Source: a virus (taxonomy: Duplodnaviria > Caudoviricetes). From it: a stretch of DNA of 64,000 nt. Within the stretch, counting starts at the first letter, position 1, and each line of letters opens with the position of its first letter. The DNA lies in IMG/VR virus record IMGVR_UViG_3300035562_000082, positions 1 to 64,000 of that record; one strand, written 5' to 3'. This document shows, piece by piece, positions 20,474 to 31,436 of this stretch. Made by a program: the position numbers and the translations under genes. The notes beneath the pieces are model-generated. The model ran no database searches, had not been told where the DNA came from, and worked only from the letters and a program-made list of their open reading frames with translations.

Positions 20474-21340
20474 ATGAGTAAACGTAGATGGTACGTGGGG
20501 ATCGTGGCCACCATTATGGTGGTGTCGTCTGTTGTGGGCCTGTTCTTTTTGAAGGAGAGCCTGCGGCAACCCGATAGGGCGGAGGTCAAGGACACGTCTG
20601 GGTATAAGCCAAATTCCTGGACGCTGTTTGCAGGGGTCGGTCAGAGCAGCAGCAAGATGCTGGCCATCCCCAGCAGTCCCAAACAGTTCAGCACTTTTTC
20701 CGGGGCTTTCGATTTGGACGGCCTGACGGTGGTGGAGTTCGTGGCCAAATACTCAGCGCTGGCCAGGACCGACCCGCAGTGGGCTTATCGCGTGTATCAG
20801 GCCGAAGCCCTTTGTGCGAATCTGGACATCGTAAAAAATGCGGCCGAAGTTATGAAACAAAGTCATCAGGCTGATTGGTATGCCCAGGCTGCTAACGATG
20901 CCACTGAAGCCTGCCAAGGGGTTGGCCCGGCGATCATGGAGGAGCGCTATCAACTGGTACAGCGCGCTGCACAGGCTGGGGTTGATCGGGCGCGCATTGA
21001 CTTTGCTTTCGAAGGTCCAGCGGGCAATCCGCCGCGAGGTGACCCAAACAGAGAGCAATGGACTAAGCAGATGGTGGGGTTTTTGAACGACTCTATTCAC
21101 GACGGTAACCGTTCGTCCCTGCTAATGCTGTCTGATCTATACAAGCAGGGAGCGCTGATACCGCAAGACCTGCGGCAGGCATTGGTTTATCAGGCTGCTT
21201 TTGCTCAAGTTGTTACCGGCAAGCCGGACGGGCTGCTTCCGGTTACTGAGATGAGCGAACATCTGCCCCCAGAGGTTGTCAAGACCGCGTTGCAAGTAGG
21301 CGCAGCGCTTGGACAACAAGTTAAAGCGAGGCAATCATGA
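20474..21340 (+). CDS. Membrane-anchored/exported Sel1-like helical protein (moron)
   Basis: N-terminal hydrophobic helix; LSDLYKQGALIPQDLRQALVY Sel1-like repeat; codon usage differs from flanks. Confidence 0.6.
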   Translation: MSKRRWYVGIVATIMVVSSVVGLFFLKESLRQPDRAEVKDTSGYKPNSWTLFAGVGQSSSKMLAIPSSPKQFSTFSGAFDLDGLTVVEFVAKYSALARTDPQWAYRVYQAEALCANLDIVKNAAEVMKQSHQADWYAQAANDATEACQGVGPAIMEERYQLVQRAAQAGVDRARIDFAFEGPAGNPPRGDPNREQWTKQMVGFLNDSIHDGNRSSLLMLSDLYKQGALIPQDLRQALVYQAAFAQVVTGKPDGLLPVTEMSEHLPPEVVKTALQVGAALGQQVKARQS

Positions 21341-22044
21341 GACGCCTACTGCTTGTGTTGCTGCTCACGTTTGGGTTGAGCGGATCGGCTTTGGCCGGTG
21401 GCCAGAATTTCGGCCGCTATTGGTACAGCGGTTGGTTGGGTCCTGTTTCAACCATGGTAGTGAGCGATTTCGAGACGGTTATCGGGCGACTTGGGCTTAC
21501 AGCCAATCGGATACTGGGGGGCTTTGTACCCGGGGACGTTGTGACTATCTGTGATGGTGCCACCTGTGCGGATATCGTTTATTTTTCTCAGAACGGCGTA
21601 ACTGGATTCGGCATTCAAAGGCCGTCTTATCCAGATGATCACAGCGGATATAAGAACCACGTAGGAGCACAGGGCGCTGCGCCAGCGTATTGTGTAAACA
21701 AAGGACCCAACACAGACGGCGATATCTGTATGTACCAGAATTGGGTTATTATAGTGTACACCGGATGCGCCGTTGGCGCCACTTGTTTTGACTCAACGTT
21801 AAAGCCCGGTACGGTTGAAATCGTGGTTCCTCCGCAAGATCCGTTGTACGACCCTTCCATGGGTGACTTTAATCTTGGTACCGGTGACGGCACCTGGGGG
21901 CTTGATTCGTGGGCGGGCTTCTATCCCAACGACGGTCTTACAGGCGGCGGTAACGGCGGCGGTGGTGGACCGGGCTGCTTGCACGCTAAGCGTCGGGTAT
22001 TAAAGGCCGGGGCATTGCAATTTGAGGACGTTATCATTTGCTAA
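21337..22044 (+). CDS. Exported Cys/Gly-rich protein (moron)
   Basis: Sec signal MRRLLLVLLLTFGLSGSALA; overlaps the upstream stop codon. Confidence 0.6.
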   Translation: MRRLLLVLLLTFGLSGSALAGGQNFGRYWYSGWLGPVSTMVVSDFETVIGRLGLTANRILGGFVPGDVVTICDGATCADIVYFSQNGVTGFGIQRPSYPDDHSGYKNHVGAQGAAPAYCVNKGPNTDGDICMYQNWVIIVYTGCAVGATCFDSTLKPGTVEIVVPPQDPLYDPSMGDFNLGTGDGTWGLDSWAGFYPNDGLTGGGNGGGGGPGCLHAKRRVLKAGALQFEDVIIC

Positions 22045-22066
22045 GCCCCTGGTTTTGAGTGGTTGT

Positions 22067-22104
22067 TTGCGCCCACTGTTCTGTTGATCGAGCAGTGGGC
22101 GCAA
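22067..22104 (+). terminator. Strong hairpin ending the moron cassette
   Basis: TTGCGCCCACTGTTC / GAGCAGTGGGCGCAA inverted repeat. Confidence 0.55.
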
Positions 22105-22170
22105 GTGGTTTGACGGACCCACGGTGTTGTAAGTACAATCCCAACCCGCGATCGTACAAGGAGTGCGTAC

Positions 22171-22881
22171 GTGGGTGTCAGTGTTCAGTACGTTGTGGGG
22201 GTGCCGAGCAAGAAAAAACCCCCGAAATTAGCTAAAGCCCCGTCTGATAAGTTCGCGCGGATCCGCGCGTTGTCGGTTGAGCACCGAACGATCCTCCACA
22301 CGTTGTTCTACGAACGACGTACGTTGGTTGAGATCTCCAAGATTTTCCGTGAGGATCTGGGCATCTGGGGAGATGCTTCAGCGGCGGCGATCATGGGCAC
22401 TCTCCGGCGGTACAAGCGGGAGGTCATCAACAAGAACCTGATCGTGTTGCCGCCCACGGGCACGCCGTTGGACAACCATCATCTTGAGACCATCGAAGAC
22501 CTGAAGGACAAGATCGACATCGCGGAGGAACTTGCGCATCTGGTGGTCACGCAGAAAACCAGGGTACAGAAAATGTTGCTGCGCGAACAGCAGTTGCCGC
22601 TGTTGTTCAACGGCCTACGATCGGAGATGCAGGCGCTTGCGGGGTTCGTCAAGGACTTTGCTGAGCTTGCGTTTGACCTGGGGTTGCGTAAACGCATACC
22701 GACGAAGACCAAGATCACGACCGGTGGGCAGGTGACGGAGGTCGAGTCCGAGGGCCGGGAGTTCGTGCAGTTCAGCGTGCAGAACCATCAGCAGCTTGAG
22801 GACGCGGCGAACGAGTTCTTCCAGATCATCGACGCTAGTTTCAAGGAAGTTCAGCGAGATGAGTCAAGCTCAGACGCCTGA
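22171..22881 (+). CDS. Putative terminase small subunit
   Basis: HTH-like N-terminus plus coiled coil, overlapping the terL start; call is positional. Confidence 0.5.
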   Translation: MGVSVQYVVGVPSKKKPPKLAKAPSDKFARIRALSVEHRTILHTLFYERRTLVEISKIFREDLGIWGDASAAAIMGTLRRYKREVINKNLIVLPPTGTPLDNHHLETIEDLKDKIDIAEELAHLVVTQKTRVQKMLLREQQLPLLFNGLRSEMQALAGFVKDFAELAFDLGLRKRIPTKTKITTGGQVTEVESEGREFVQFSVQNHQQLEDAANEFFQIIDASFKEVQRDESSSDA

Positions 22882-24784
22882 GCAGGCGGCTCGTCGGTAT
22901 TTCATACTGGCTCTTGGGTCGGAGCGAGGTGAGGCGTTGTATCAACGGGGAGTGACGTTGATACCCCTGCATCTTCAGCAGAAGTTTTATGAATGCGCGG
23001 TGAAGGACATACAACGAAAATTGCGGGGCGAGAGCTTGGCCAAGGGTTCGGCCGTGCGCGGGCTGGCTTCGCAGGTTCATACTCCGGTGTCCGTCCAGCA
23101 GTTTGTGGAAGACCCGTACTTCATGAACAGCCGGAACGTGCTGTTTCCGAAGATCATGGATTGTTTGATTGAGATGAACAACGGTCAGTACCAGGAGGCG
23201 GTGCTGACCGGCGCCATTGGCACGGGCAAGAGCACGCTCGCGCTGTACAGCACGGCCTACCAGTTGTACAAGCTTAGTTGTTATAGAAACCCGCATTATT
23301 TGTTTGACCTGGATCCGGCGTCGGAGATCGTGATCATCTTCCAGTCGGTGACGGAGAAACTGGCGAAGGCCGTGGAGTACCAGCGGTTCAAGGCCATGAT
23401 CGAACGTAGTACGTACTTTCGGGAGTCATTTCCGTTTGATCGAGACATTATGTCGGAGTTGCGGTTTCCGAATCGGGTGATCGTCAAGCCCGTGTCCGGT
23501 ATGGAGACCGCAGCCATTGGTCAAAACGTGATTGGCGGGGTGATCGATGAAATGAACTTCATGGCGTTGGTCGAGCAGTCGCTCAAGAACATCGACAGTG
23601 CGGCGTTTGATCAAGCTACGGCCGTGTACGACTCGATTGCCATTCGGCGGAAGAGCCGGTTCATGATCAAGGGCGTTCTTCCGGGCTTGCTGTGCTTGGT
23701 GTCGTCCAAGCGTTATCCCGGGCAGTTTACGGACCGCAAGGAGGAGGAGGCACGGACTGAGCTTGATCGTTATGGCAAGAGCACGATCTACGTGTACGAC
23801 AAGCGTGAATGGGAGGTCAAGCCCGCAGACAGATTTAGCGGCAAGTGGTTTCACGTGTTCATCGGTGATGAAGGCCGGCGGCCGAGGATCCTGGAAGAAC
23901 ATGAGTTGGTGGACGACAAGGACCGGCATTTGGTGATGGCCATTCCCGAGGAGTATCGGTCGAACTTCGAGGCCGATATTATGAAGGCCCTGCGGGACGT
24001 GGCGGGCGTCAGTACTTTAGCTAGACATCCGTTCATCGTGGAACGTGAGGCCGTTGTTGAGGCCCAGCGTAAGGTCAACATCATCTTCGGTCGGGAGACC
24101 GTGGATTTCAAGGACACGTTGCTTCAGGTGTACCCCAAGCAGTTCGTGCAGCCGGAGTTACCGAGGTTCGTACACGGTGATCTGGCGATCTCCGGGGATA
24201 GTGCGGGGCTGGCCGTGGGCACGGTGCCGAAGTTTGTGCCGGTGCCCGGCGGGGGGTTGATGCCGTTCATTTGGATCGATGCGTTATTGCAGATACGACC
24301 ACCAAAAGGTGGGGAAATTCTGTTGTACAGGGTACGGGAGGTGATTGTCGCGCTCAAGAAGTTGGGGTTGAACATTCGGTGGTGTACATTCGATCAGTTT
24401 CAGTCGAAGGACACACAGCAGATTCTCCGACAAGAGGGCTTTGCCACGGGCTTGCAATCGATTGATGAGAATACAAATCCCTATGATTTTGTAAAGAACG
24501 CGTTGTACGATCGACGAATCAGCATGCCCCGGCATTCGGTGTGTGAACGGGAGTTGATTTCGCTTGAGCGGGATGTGAAGAAAAACAAGATAGATCATCC
24601 TCCTCACGGAAGTAAAGACGTTTCTGATGCATTGGCTGGGGTGGTGTTTGGGTTGACCATGCGGCGGGAAGTATGGGGCATGCATCGAATTCCATTGGGC
24701 GAGATCCCTCCAGGATTGTTGGATGCTATTCAAGCGTCGAAGAACGTGCACGAGCGCGAGCAAGAAGAAAGCATGATGTTATAG
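22859..24784 (+). CDS. terL: Terminase large subunit
   Basis: Walker A GAIGTGKST, Walker B GGVIDEMNF, nuclease HGDLAISGDS, FDQFQS, DHPPHGSKDVSDALAG. Confidence 0.92.
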   Translation: MSQAQTPEQAARRYFILALGSERGEALYQRGVTLIPLHLQQKFYECAVKDIQRKLRGESLAKGSAVRGLASQVHTPVSVQQFVEDPYFMNSRNVLFPKIMDCLIEMNNGQYQEAVLTGAIGTGKSTLALYSTAYQLYKLSCYRNPHYLFDLDPASEIVIIFQSVTEKLAKAVEYQRFKAMIERSTYFRESFPFDRDIMSELRFPNRVIVKPVSGMETAAIGQNVIGGVIDEMNFMALVEQSLKNIDSAAFDQATAVYDSIAIRRKSRFMIKGVLPGLLCLVSSKRYPGQFTDRKEEEARTELDRYGKSTIYVYDKREWEVKPADRFSGKWFHVFIGDEGRRPRILEEHELVDDKDRHLVMAIPEEYRSNFEADIMKALRDVAGVSTLARHPFIVEREAVVEAQRKVNIIFGRETVDFKDTLLQVYPKQFVQPELPRFVHGDLAISGDSAGLAVGTVPKFVPVPGGGLMPFIWIDALLQIRPPKGGEILLYRVREVIVALKKLGLNIRWCTFDQFQSKDTQQILRQEGFATGLQSIDENTNPYDFVKNALYDRRISMPRHSVCERELISLERDVKKNKIDHPPHGSKDVSDALAGVVFGLTMRREVWGMHRIPLGEIPPGLLDAIQASKNVHEREQEESMML

Positions 24785-24860
24785 CCGTGGTTGATCCGTT
24801 GCTTGCGGGGTTTGTACTTGGGGTGGTTCTTGGGACGTTGATCGGTTGGGCGATTCACTG

Positions 24861-25457
24861 ATGACCGTCACGTACATCCAGCAAACGTTCAACGAAGAGC
24901 GGATTGTCAGCGCCATTGGCCATTGGTTTGACTACGCGCGTAATCGGATCTTCCCCAACGTCATGCTCTTTGGTTGGGAGTCGGATCTACTGGTGGTGAC
25001 GCCCTCGCGTTATCTGTGGGAGATCGAGGTTAAGTGCACGTTGGCCGACTGGAGATCGGACTCGCACAAGGACAAGTGGAAGAACAAGCACTGGGAGAAC
25101 ATCAGTCGTTTCTACTACGCGGTGCCGGAGAATCTGTTGGTGGCCAAGGACCCGGGGATGTCGATGTCCGAGCGTTGGTGGGAGTCGTTGAATCTGCCGG
25201 AGAAGGTGTGGGAGATTCCGGCGTTTGTGCCATCATGGGCTGGAGTATTGGCGCTTCAACAGCGGAAGATGGGGGTGAATGTTCGGATGGTCCGGCACGC
25301 GCAGTTGTTGAGCAAGCTCAAGATCTCCGACGCCCGGTTGTTCGCGTTGTACCACAGCACGTACTTTCGGTTCTGGCGTGGTGGGGGCATGGGTCCATCG
25401 GTGGTGGTACACGATGGTCAGGCGCAGTTGCTGCAATCAATTGCCGACGAGGCTTGA
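24861..25457 (+). CDS. MmcB-like PD-(D/E)XK nuclease
   Basis: WESDLLVV...WEIEVKCTLADWRSD...FYYAVP. Confidence 0.7.
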   Translation: MTVTYIQQTFNEERIVSAIGHWFDYARNRIFPNVMLFGWESDLLVVTPSRYLWEIEVKCTLADWRSDSHKDKWKNKHWENISRFYYAVPENLLVAKDPGMSMSERWWESLNLPEKVWEIPAFVPSWAGVLALQQRKMGVNVRMVRHAQLLSKLKISDARLFALYHSTYFRFWRGGGMGPSVVVHDGQAQLLQSIADEA

Positions 25458-25847
25458 CAAACGGAATTAGTTGTGCTATCATAATCCTACGGAATGGTCC
25501 GTATCAAGGAGTGATGGAAATGGATGAAGAAAGAACAACGCATAGACAGGCGATCGATCGTTTGGAGCAATTGATCGATGATCAGATGCGTAAACATCTT
25601 CAGGCCAAGAAAGAAGAAACGGCAGGAATTGTATCTTCGGGTACGATTCCGTTTGAAGTACGATGGCCGACGATCTGTGCGCTGAAATTTGCCCGTGATG
25701 AAATTGCGCGCCATTACAAAGAGCGGGTGGCCGAGCATGATGGTGTTCCTCCGCCGATGGATGGGTCGGACTGGATGGATCTGGTGGATATCATCGTTTA
25801 TCCGGCTTAAAGGCTGGGGCGGGTAACCGCCCTCTCAAGGAGTGACG

Positions 25848-26396
25848 ATGGCCAGCATGAAATTCAAGGTCGATGATGGGGGCCGGGCAGAGGCCGGGTT
25901 CAAGGGCACGGCCGGCGACTGCGTGTGCCGGGCAGTGACCATCGCCAGTGGCAAGCCCTATCGAGAGGTGTACAAGGCGTTGGCCCAGGGCATGGGCGAT
26001 CAGCGACGGAGCAAGCACGTGCGGACTACCAGTGCGAGTGCCCGCAATGGCGTGAACACCCGGCGCAAGTGGTTCAAGGACTACATGCAGGGCCTGGGGT
26101 TCACCTGGGTACCGACCATGGGCATTGGCACGGGCTGTAAGGTCCATCTGGCAGAGGGTGAGCTTCCGCCAGGGCGATTGGTGGTGGCCGTTAGCCGGCA
26201 TTACACGGCGGTGGTCGATGGTGTGATCCACGACCTGTACGACCCGCAGCGTGAGGACGGTGGGTACATGTTCGAGCGGTTTCCAGGCTGGGAGACCGCA
26301 CCGCTGAAGCCCGGGCAGATGCGGAATCAGAATGGGATTTACCACAAGGTCGGGGGTCGGTGTGTCTACGGCTATTGGCACTTGACAGACGCCTGA
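25848..26396 (+). CDS. Conserved phage hypothetical protein
   Basis: GDCVCRA...HYTAVVDGVIHDLYD; possibly a Cys-His papain-like fold; RBS present. Confidence 0.55.
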   Translation: MASMKFKVDDGGRAEAGFKGTAGDCVCRAVTIASGKPYREVYKALAQGMGDQRRSKHVRTTSASARNGVNTRRKWFKDYMQGLGFTWVPTMGIGTGCKVHLAEGELPPGRLVVAVSRHYTAVVDGVIHDLYDPQREDGGYMFERFPGWETAPLKPGQMRNQNGIYHKVGGRCVYGYWHLTDA

Positions 26397-26436
26397 GGTT
26401 GTGCCAAAATAAGGACCTAACGTCAAGGAGTGACGA

Positions 26437-27075
26437 ATGGATCAAGTGCTGGTACTGGAGTCCTTGCTGTCGAAGGTCGATCCGAAGAACCTGAAGTTCG
26501 CGTCGGATCTGGTGTTCAAGGGCAAGAAGTACGGATCGCTGTCGCTTAAGCAGATGTTCTGGGTGAACAAGTTCGTGGCCGAGGCCCAGGGGCTTGTGCC
26601 GGCGAAGCCCGATGAAGAACTGATCGTTGGGTTCTCCGGGGTCGTGGCGCTGCTGGATCGAGCCAAGGTCAAGCTCAAGCGCCCGAAGATCAATCTGGCG
26701 GTCAACGGTCAGGATGTGGTGTTGTCTGTGGCCGGTCCGAGGGCCAAGAAGCCTGGGACGATCAACGTGACCGACGGACGACCCTTCGGTGAGAACGTGT
26801 GGTTCGGACGGATCGACTCCAAGGGCTGGTGGGAGCATAATGCTAGGCTGCCGGAGGCCAAGGTCGCGCCCGTGCGGAAGCTTCTCCAGGATCTGGGTGA
26901 GGATCCGGTGGGGACGGCCAAGAAGTACGCGACGCTCACTGGCAACTGCTGCTTCTGCAACAAGAAGCTGACGGACGAACACAGCACGGCCGCTGGATTT
27001 GGCGAAGTCTGTGCCAAAAATTGGGGACTTCATCAGGAGTGGAAGTCGGCTAGTTCTGTTTTGAAAGCCGCGTGA
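26437..27075 (+). CDS. DUF6011-like zinc-ribbon protein
   Basis: GNCCFCNKKLTDEHSTAAGFGEVCAK. Confidence 0.7.
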   Translation: MDQVLVLESLLSKVDPKNLKFASDLVFKGKKYGSLSLKQMFWVNKFVAEAQGLVPAKPDEELIVGFSGVVALLDRAKVKLKRPKINLAVNGQDVVLSVAGPRAKKPGTINVTDGRPFGENVWFGRIDSKGWWEHNARLPEAKVAPVRKLLQDLGEDPVGTAKKYATLTGNCCFCNKKLTDEHSTAAGFGEVCAKNWGLHQEWKSASSVLKAA

Positions 27076-27548
27076 TGGATGTTTCGTTGAAGGCCCATCC
27101 GGAGATTTTAGATTTGTACGTGACTCCCGATGGGCGCGTTTTTCGGGAATTGGTTGGAGAGCCGGATCCAAATGGGTATGTGACTTTGAAGGTTACGCTG
27201 GGGCATAAGTGTCGTACTGTGCGCCGGCACACATTGGTTTTGGAAACCTTCAAAGGATTACGCCCGATTGATGGATTGGAGTGCCGTCATTTAGATGGGA
27301 ATCCTGGGAACGATCACCCATTGAATCTTGCTTGGGGTACGCATACGCAGAATATGCAGGATGCGGTGATACATGGTACACACGTTAATCTCAAGCATCC
27401 AAATACCAAATTGACGGCAGCGCGGGTTAAGGAGATGCGGGCGAGATTTAATGCCGGTGAGTCCGGGAGTGAGATTGCTAAGGATATGGGGGTGTCGCAT
27501 TCAACTGTTTGTGACATTATGGCTGGCAGGACGTGGAAGACCGCATGA
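27072..27548 (+). CDS. HNH homing endonuclease with C-terminal HTH
   Basis: HTLVLETF...CRHLDGNPGNDHPLNLAWGTHTQNMQD; AT-richer than flanks. Confidence 0.85.
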   Translation: MMDVSLKAHPEILDLYVTPDGRVFRELVGEPDPNGYVTLKVTLGHKCRTVRRHTLVLETFKGLRPIDGLECRHLDGNPGNDHPLNLAWGTHTQNMQDAVIHGTHVNLKHPNTKLTAARVKEMRARFNAGESGSEIAKDMGVSHSTVCDIMAGRTWKTA

Positions 27549-28168
27549 AGCCCGAAGTCCAGGTGTTCCTGTACGTGTTCGTGGCGGCGTTGGTGGTGAT
27601 CTTCGGCGGGACGTTTCTTGTGTGGGTTTTGCGGGTGATCTCCGGCGATGGTCGGCGGCGCCAGATCTGGACGGACGAACAACGCGAGTGGTTTCGACAG
27701 CATGGTAAGTTCAAGGGGTGAGCTAATGGATAAGCAAGGTTTTATCATGATCTGTCTTGATATACTCTGGGTTATTGGGCTTTGCCTGCTGTTTGCCGTG
27801 ACAGTAACTTTTGGTCTTGTGGCTTTGGATTTGTCGCCGGCCATGATCCAGGCTGTTGAAATGGTGTTCGCAGCATATAGTACGGTGATGTCCACGTGGG
27901 TGCTGATTGATCGGTTGCGCAGGCGGTAAATTCAAGGAGTGACGATGGGCTACTGGACGTACTGTCGGCATAAGGGCTGTGATAGCGGGATGGACAAGCC
28001 CACGGCCGAAGAAATTGCTGAGGGTGTAGCCCGGTGTGCAAACGGTCATGAGAACACGCCGTCGATCACGCTCGCGCAGTTCGTGGTGGATCTCGATGAG
28101 CGAGTGCGGGTGTTGGAGCAGGAGAAGGCCGAGCGAGACGCTGCTGATGTAGCGAGAGGGTATGGTGA

Positions 28169-28699
28169 ATGAAGGTCGTTGAACGGGCGGCGGCGTTTGC
28201 CGATCAGGCGCACATGTTGAACTGGCAGAAACGTCGGTATACGGGTGAGCCGTATATCGAGCATCCCCGGGAGGTGGTGTCGATCCTGATGGACCATACT
28301 TGGGAGGAGTCTACGCTGGCTGCTGCGTGGTTGCATGATGTGGTGGAGGACACGCCGTACACCATCGAGCACATCCAGAAGGTCTTTGGTCAAGGCATTG
28401 CGGCGATCGTGCAGGAGTTGACGGATCCGTCGTTGCCGGGGTTGAACCGGGCGTCGAGGACCAAGCTCAAGATCGAGCGGCTGGCCAACGCCAGTCCCGA
28501 GGCCCAGGCCATTAAGTTGGCTGATATGTTGAGCAACGTGCGGACGATCGTTCAGCATGATCCGAAGTTCGCACGGGTGTATCTGCCGGAGATGCGGGCG
28601 TTGTTTGCGGTGCTGGTGCATGCGCCTGAGCGACTACGGAGTGACGTGGATCGAGCGTTGGCCATGGCCGAGGCTGAACTTGAGGTGATCAAGGAGTGA
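28169..28699 (+). CDS. HD-domain small alarmone hydrolase (Mesh1/SpoT-HD-like)
   Basis: AH...QKRRYTGEPYIEHP...AAWLHDVVEDT...IKLAD...N. Confidence 0.85.
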   Translation: MKVVERAAAFADQAHMLNWQKRRYTGEPYIEHPREVVSILMDHTWEESTLAAAWLHDVVEDTPYTIEHIQKVFGQGIAAIVQELTDPSLPGLNRASRTKLKIERLANASPEAQAIKLADMLSNVRTIVQHDPKFARVYLPEMRALFAVLVHAPERLRSDVDRALAMAEAELEVIKE

Positions 28700-28702
28700 A
28701 TC

Positions 28703-29137
28703 ATGGCCGATAGGTTTGATCGTCAAGCAGTTAAATCAACGGAGGGGTCTAAAATGAACGCAGTTATTTCCTGGAGCCTGTTGGGCGCCATTCTTTTGAG
28801 CGGTCTGATTGCTTTTGGCATGTGGGGTTGTCCGCAGTATAGTGTTTACGAACAAGAGCAGATGGGTAAGGCTCAACTTGCGAAGGCCAATCAGAATCGA
28901 GAAATTCTGGTGTCGCAAGCACGGGCGGAGAAAGAAGCGGCAATGCTTAGATCGGATGCGATCAAGATCATGGGCCAAGCGGCCAAGGACTTCCCGGAGT
29001 ACCGTCAGCAGGAGTTCATCGGCGCGTTTGCCGAGGCCATGAAAGAAGGCCGGATTTCTCAGATCATCTACGTGCCAACGGAAGCGAACATCCCGATCAC
29101 CGAGGCCGGTCGGTGGGGACTTTCGCACGGGAAGTAG
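28703..29137 (+). CDS. Membrane-anchored SPFH-tail-like protein
   Basis: TM helix followed by a helical region and IIYVPTEANIPITEA; start may be 28754. Confidence 0.55.
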   Translation: MADRFDRQAVKSTEGSKMNAVISWSLLGAILLSGLIAFGMWGCPQYSVYEQEQMGKAQLAKANQNREILVSQARAEKEAAMLRSDAIKIMGQAAKDFPEYRQQEFIGAFAEAMKEGRISQIIYVPTEANIPITEAGRWGLSHGK

Positions 29138-29861
29138 ATCATGGCGCTTCCCGATTCGTGGGTTCAGAAGTACGTGGAGGCCGGTCGTGGGGCGACGTTC
29201 TACGGTCAGCCGGTGTTGGATATGTCGGCCGCCGAGTTGATGGCGGTGATCGGTTACATGGTGCTCAAGGAGGTCAAGATCAGGGACGCGCATCTGGAGC
29301 AGATCGACCTACTGAAGGAATTCGGGCGAATGCGTGGTAGCAGCAAGGACTGAATATGCCGGTGATGACCCGTAGGTACAAGGTCGGGCGGTTCATGGTG
29401 ACCTTCCGCGCGATCTTGGATGACGCGGGTCAACTGGTGTACATGGCCAAGCAAACGTGGGATCCGTTCCCGACGGGCGATGAATGGGTGCAGCCGTTGA
29501 CGCTGGAGAACTACAAGGCGGCGTCCAGGCGATTTCAAACGGAGGTTGAAGCCCAATGCCAAATTTGAAGCTCGTGGATAAGCCAATCGGGTACCCGCAT
29601 TGGACGACCCATGAGGGGTTGTCTGGGTGGATGGCCGTGCGTATCTGGTGGAACCCCGAAGGCTTTCCCGAGCCCTGGGAGACCGGGCATGGGCGCTATC
29701 CGACGGAGCCCGAGGCCGCACACGAGGCCCAGGATCTGGCGCGGGCTGAGGGAGTTCCGTTTTATCGATAAACCACAGAAAAACTCCCTTTCTCTGCTTG
29801 ACAGATTGGGCTGATTGTGTAATACTACGTCTGTTCGATAGACCCGTCATGGAGGACGAAG

Positions 29862-30242
29862 ATGGCAGACGCAAGAAGCTTTTTCATGTTGTTCGAAGAA
29901 GCCCAGGCAGTTGGTGCAGCAGCGGCCAAAGCCTGTGAGGTCCAGGCCATGGTCGTGGCCGAGGCCGATGTGCTGTCGGGCAAGCCCCTTGCCGGTGGAC
30001 AAAGCTGGTACGTGGCCGACGGCGTGTGCGGGTTCGCGTGGGTGAACTTCCCGGGCAACAGCGCGTTCGGCCGCTGGTTGAAGAGCACCGGCAAGGCCAG
30101 GAACGACTACCCCAAGGGCGTGGCCGTCAGCATCAGCCAGTACAACCAGTCGATGCAGCGCAAGGAGGCCCATGCCGAGGCCATGGCCAAGTACTTGCGG
30201 GACCATGGGATCGAGTGCAGTGCCAGATCGAGGATGGATTGA
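29862..30242 (+). CDS. Conserved phage hypothetical protein
   Basis: Follows promoter 29798; GVCGFAWV...QSMQRKEAHA...RSRMD. Confidence 0.6.
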   Translation: MADARSFFMLFEEAQAVGAAAAKACEVQAMVVAEADVLSGKPLAGGQSWYVADGVCGFAWVNFPGNSAFGRWLKSTGKARNDYPKGVAVSISQYNQSMQRKEAHAEAMAKYLRDHGIECSARSRMD

Positions 30243-30498
30243 TGAACGCTAAGCAGATCCGAGAAGCGGTAGCGGCGGCTAGGACGGTGAACAACGCCGC
30301 ACGGCAGATCGTGGATGGGAGTGGGCCGTTGGCGTTGGCTATGAACAACGTCGAGTACATCCTGAACGAGCTTCGAACGATCCGGGAAACCTTGGATATG
30401 GCGAAGGCATTACCTGCGGACCGGGCGGGTGAGCGGGGGGAAATTCAGAGTGGGTGCATGCACCGACTGTATGCGTTGGTGGACGAGGAGTATTGATC

Positions 30499-31101
30499 AT
30501 GAGCAGCGTGTACGAAATGGAACAACTGGCGGTGGAGAAGGCCGGGCATGTGGCGGAGGCCCTGCGGAAGCTGGGGTTCTCCGAGGCCAAGGTCATGACC
30601 GATAGCGATGGTCGGGCCAATCGAATCAGCATGTCGCTCTTAGGCGCGGACTGGGCGTACATCTACCTGGGTCCTCCGGGGTACGGCAAGTCCCAGGAGG
30701 GCAAACTGCACATCGGATGTAATTTGCATTTGGTGGACAATCAGGGCAAGACCTACTACGCGCGAGACCTGATGCTGGGCAATGGGTTCAGTGCGCCGTC
30801 GATCAATGTCGCGGCCAGTAAGTCCGGCATGCAGATCGCACAGGACATCGTGCGTCGGTTGATCCCGGATTACACCAAGGTCGTGCAGGCGGCCAGTGCG
30901 CGGATCCTGGAGTACAACCAGTACAACACGGCGAAGGCCGATCTGGAAAGTCGGTTCAAAGACCGTGTGAAGGGCATCAGTGGTCTGTGGTCCGTGCAGT
31001 ATAACAAGGACACCGTGAGTTTTCATGGGAGCGTCAGTCCTGCGGTGTTCGACAAGCTACTGGGCTTGTTGGAGGCCGAACAGCCGGTGATCGGCGAATA
31101 A
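30499..31101 (+). CDS. Hypothetical protein
   Basis: RBS and phage-like codon usage. Confidence 0.55.
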   Translation: MSSVYEMEQLAVEKAGHVAEALRKLGFSEAKVMTDSDGRANRISMSLLGADWAYIYLGPPGYGKSQEGKLHIGCNLHLVDNQGKTYYARDLMLGNGFSAPSINVAASKSGMQIAQDIVRRLIPDYTKVVQAASARILEYNQYNTAKADLESRFKDRVKGISGLWSVQYNKDTVSFHGSVSPAVFDKLLGLLEAEQPVIGE

Positions 31102-31436
31102 ACCCGAGGAATTTCGGCAATCAATTGCTATCCAGGTATTGACAAATAGGAGGAATTGGGTTATAGTAGGGGCGTGATGAAGGAGATGAAGATGCTGAAG
31201 CGGATCAAGAGGATCACCAGCCATTCAGGTCATGCCCGTTTCTTGGCGCAGTGTGAAGAGATTGGTCATATCAAGCGCATAGAGGGCATCCCGAGTCCGT
31301 ATCACTACGCCCCGGTTTGGACGGTGTACGCTTACGGGGAGAGGCGGGTGATTATTCGAGAGACCGCGCACAGGCAATTCGATGTGTTTGAACTGCCGAT
31401 GCCTTACCCGATTGGACATTCGATCAAGGAGTGATC

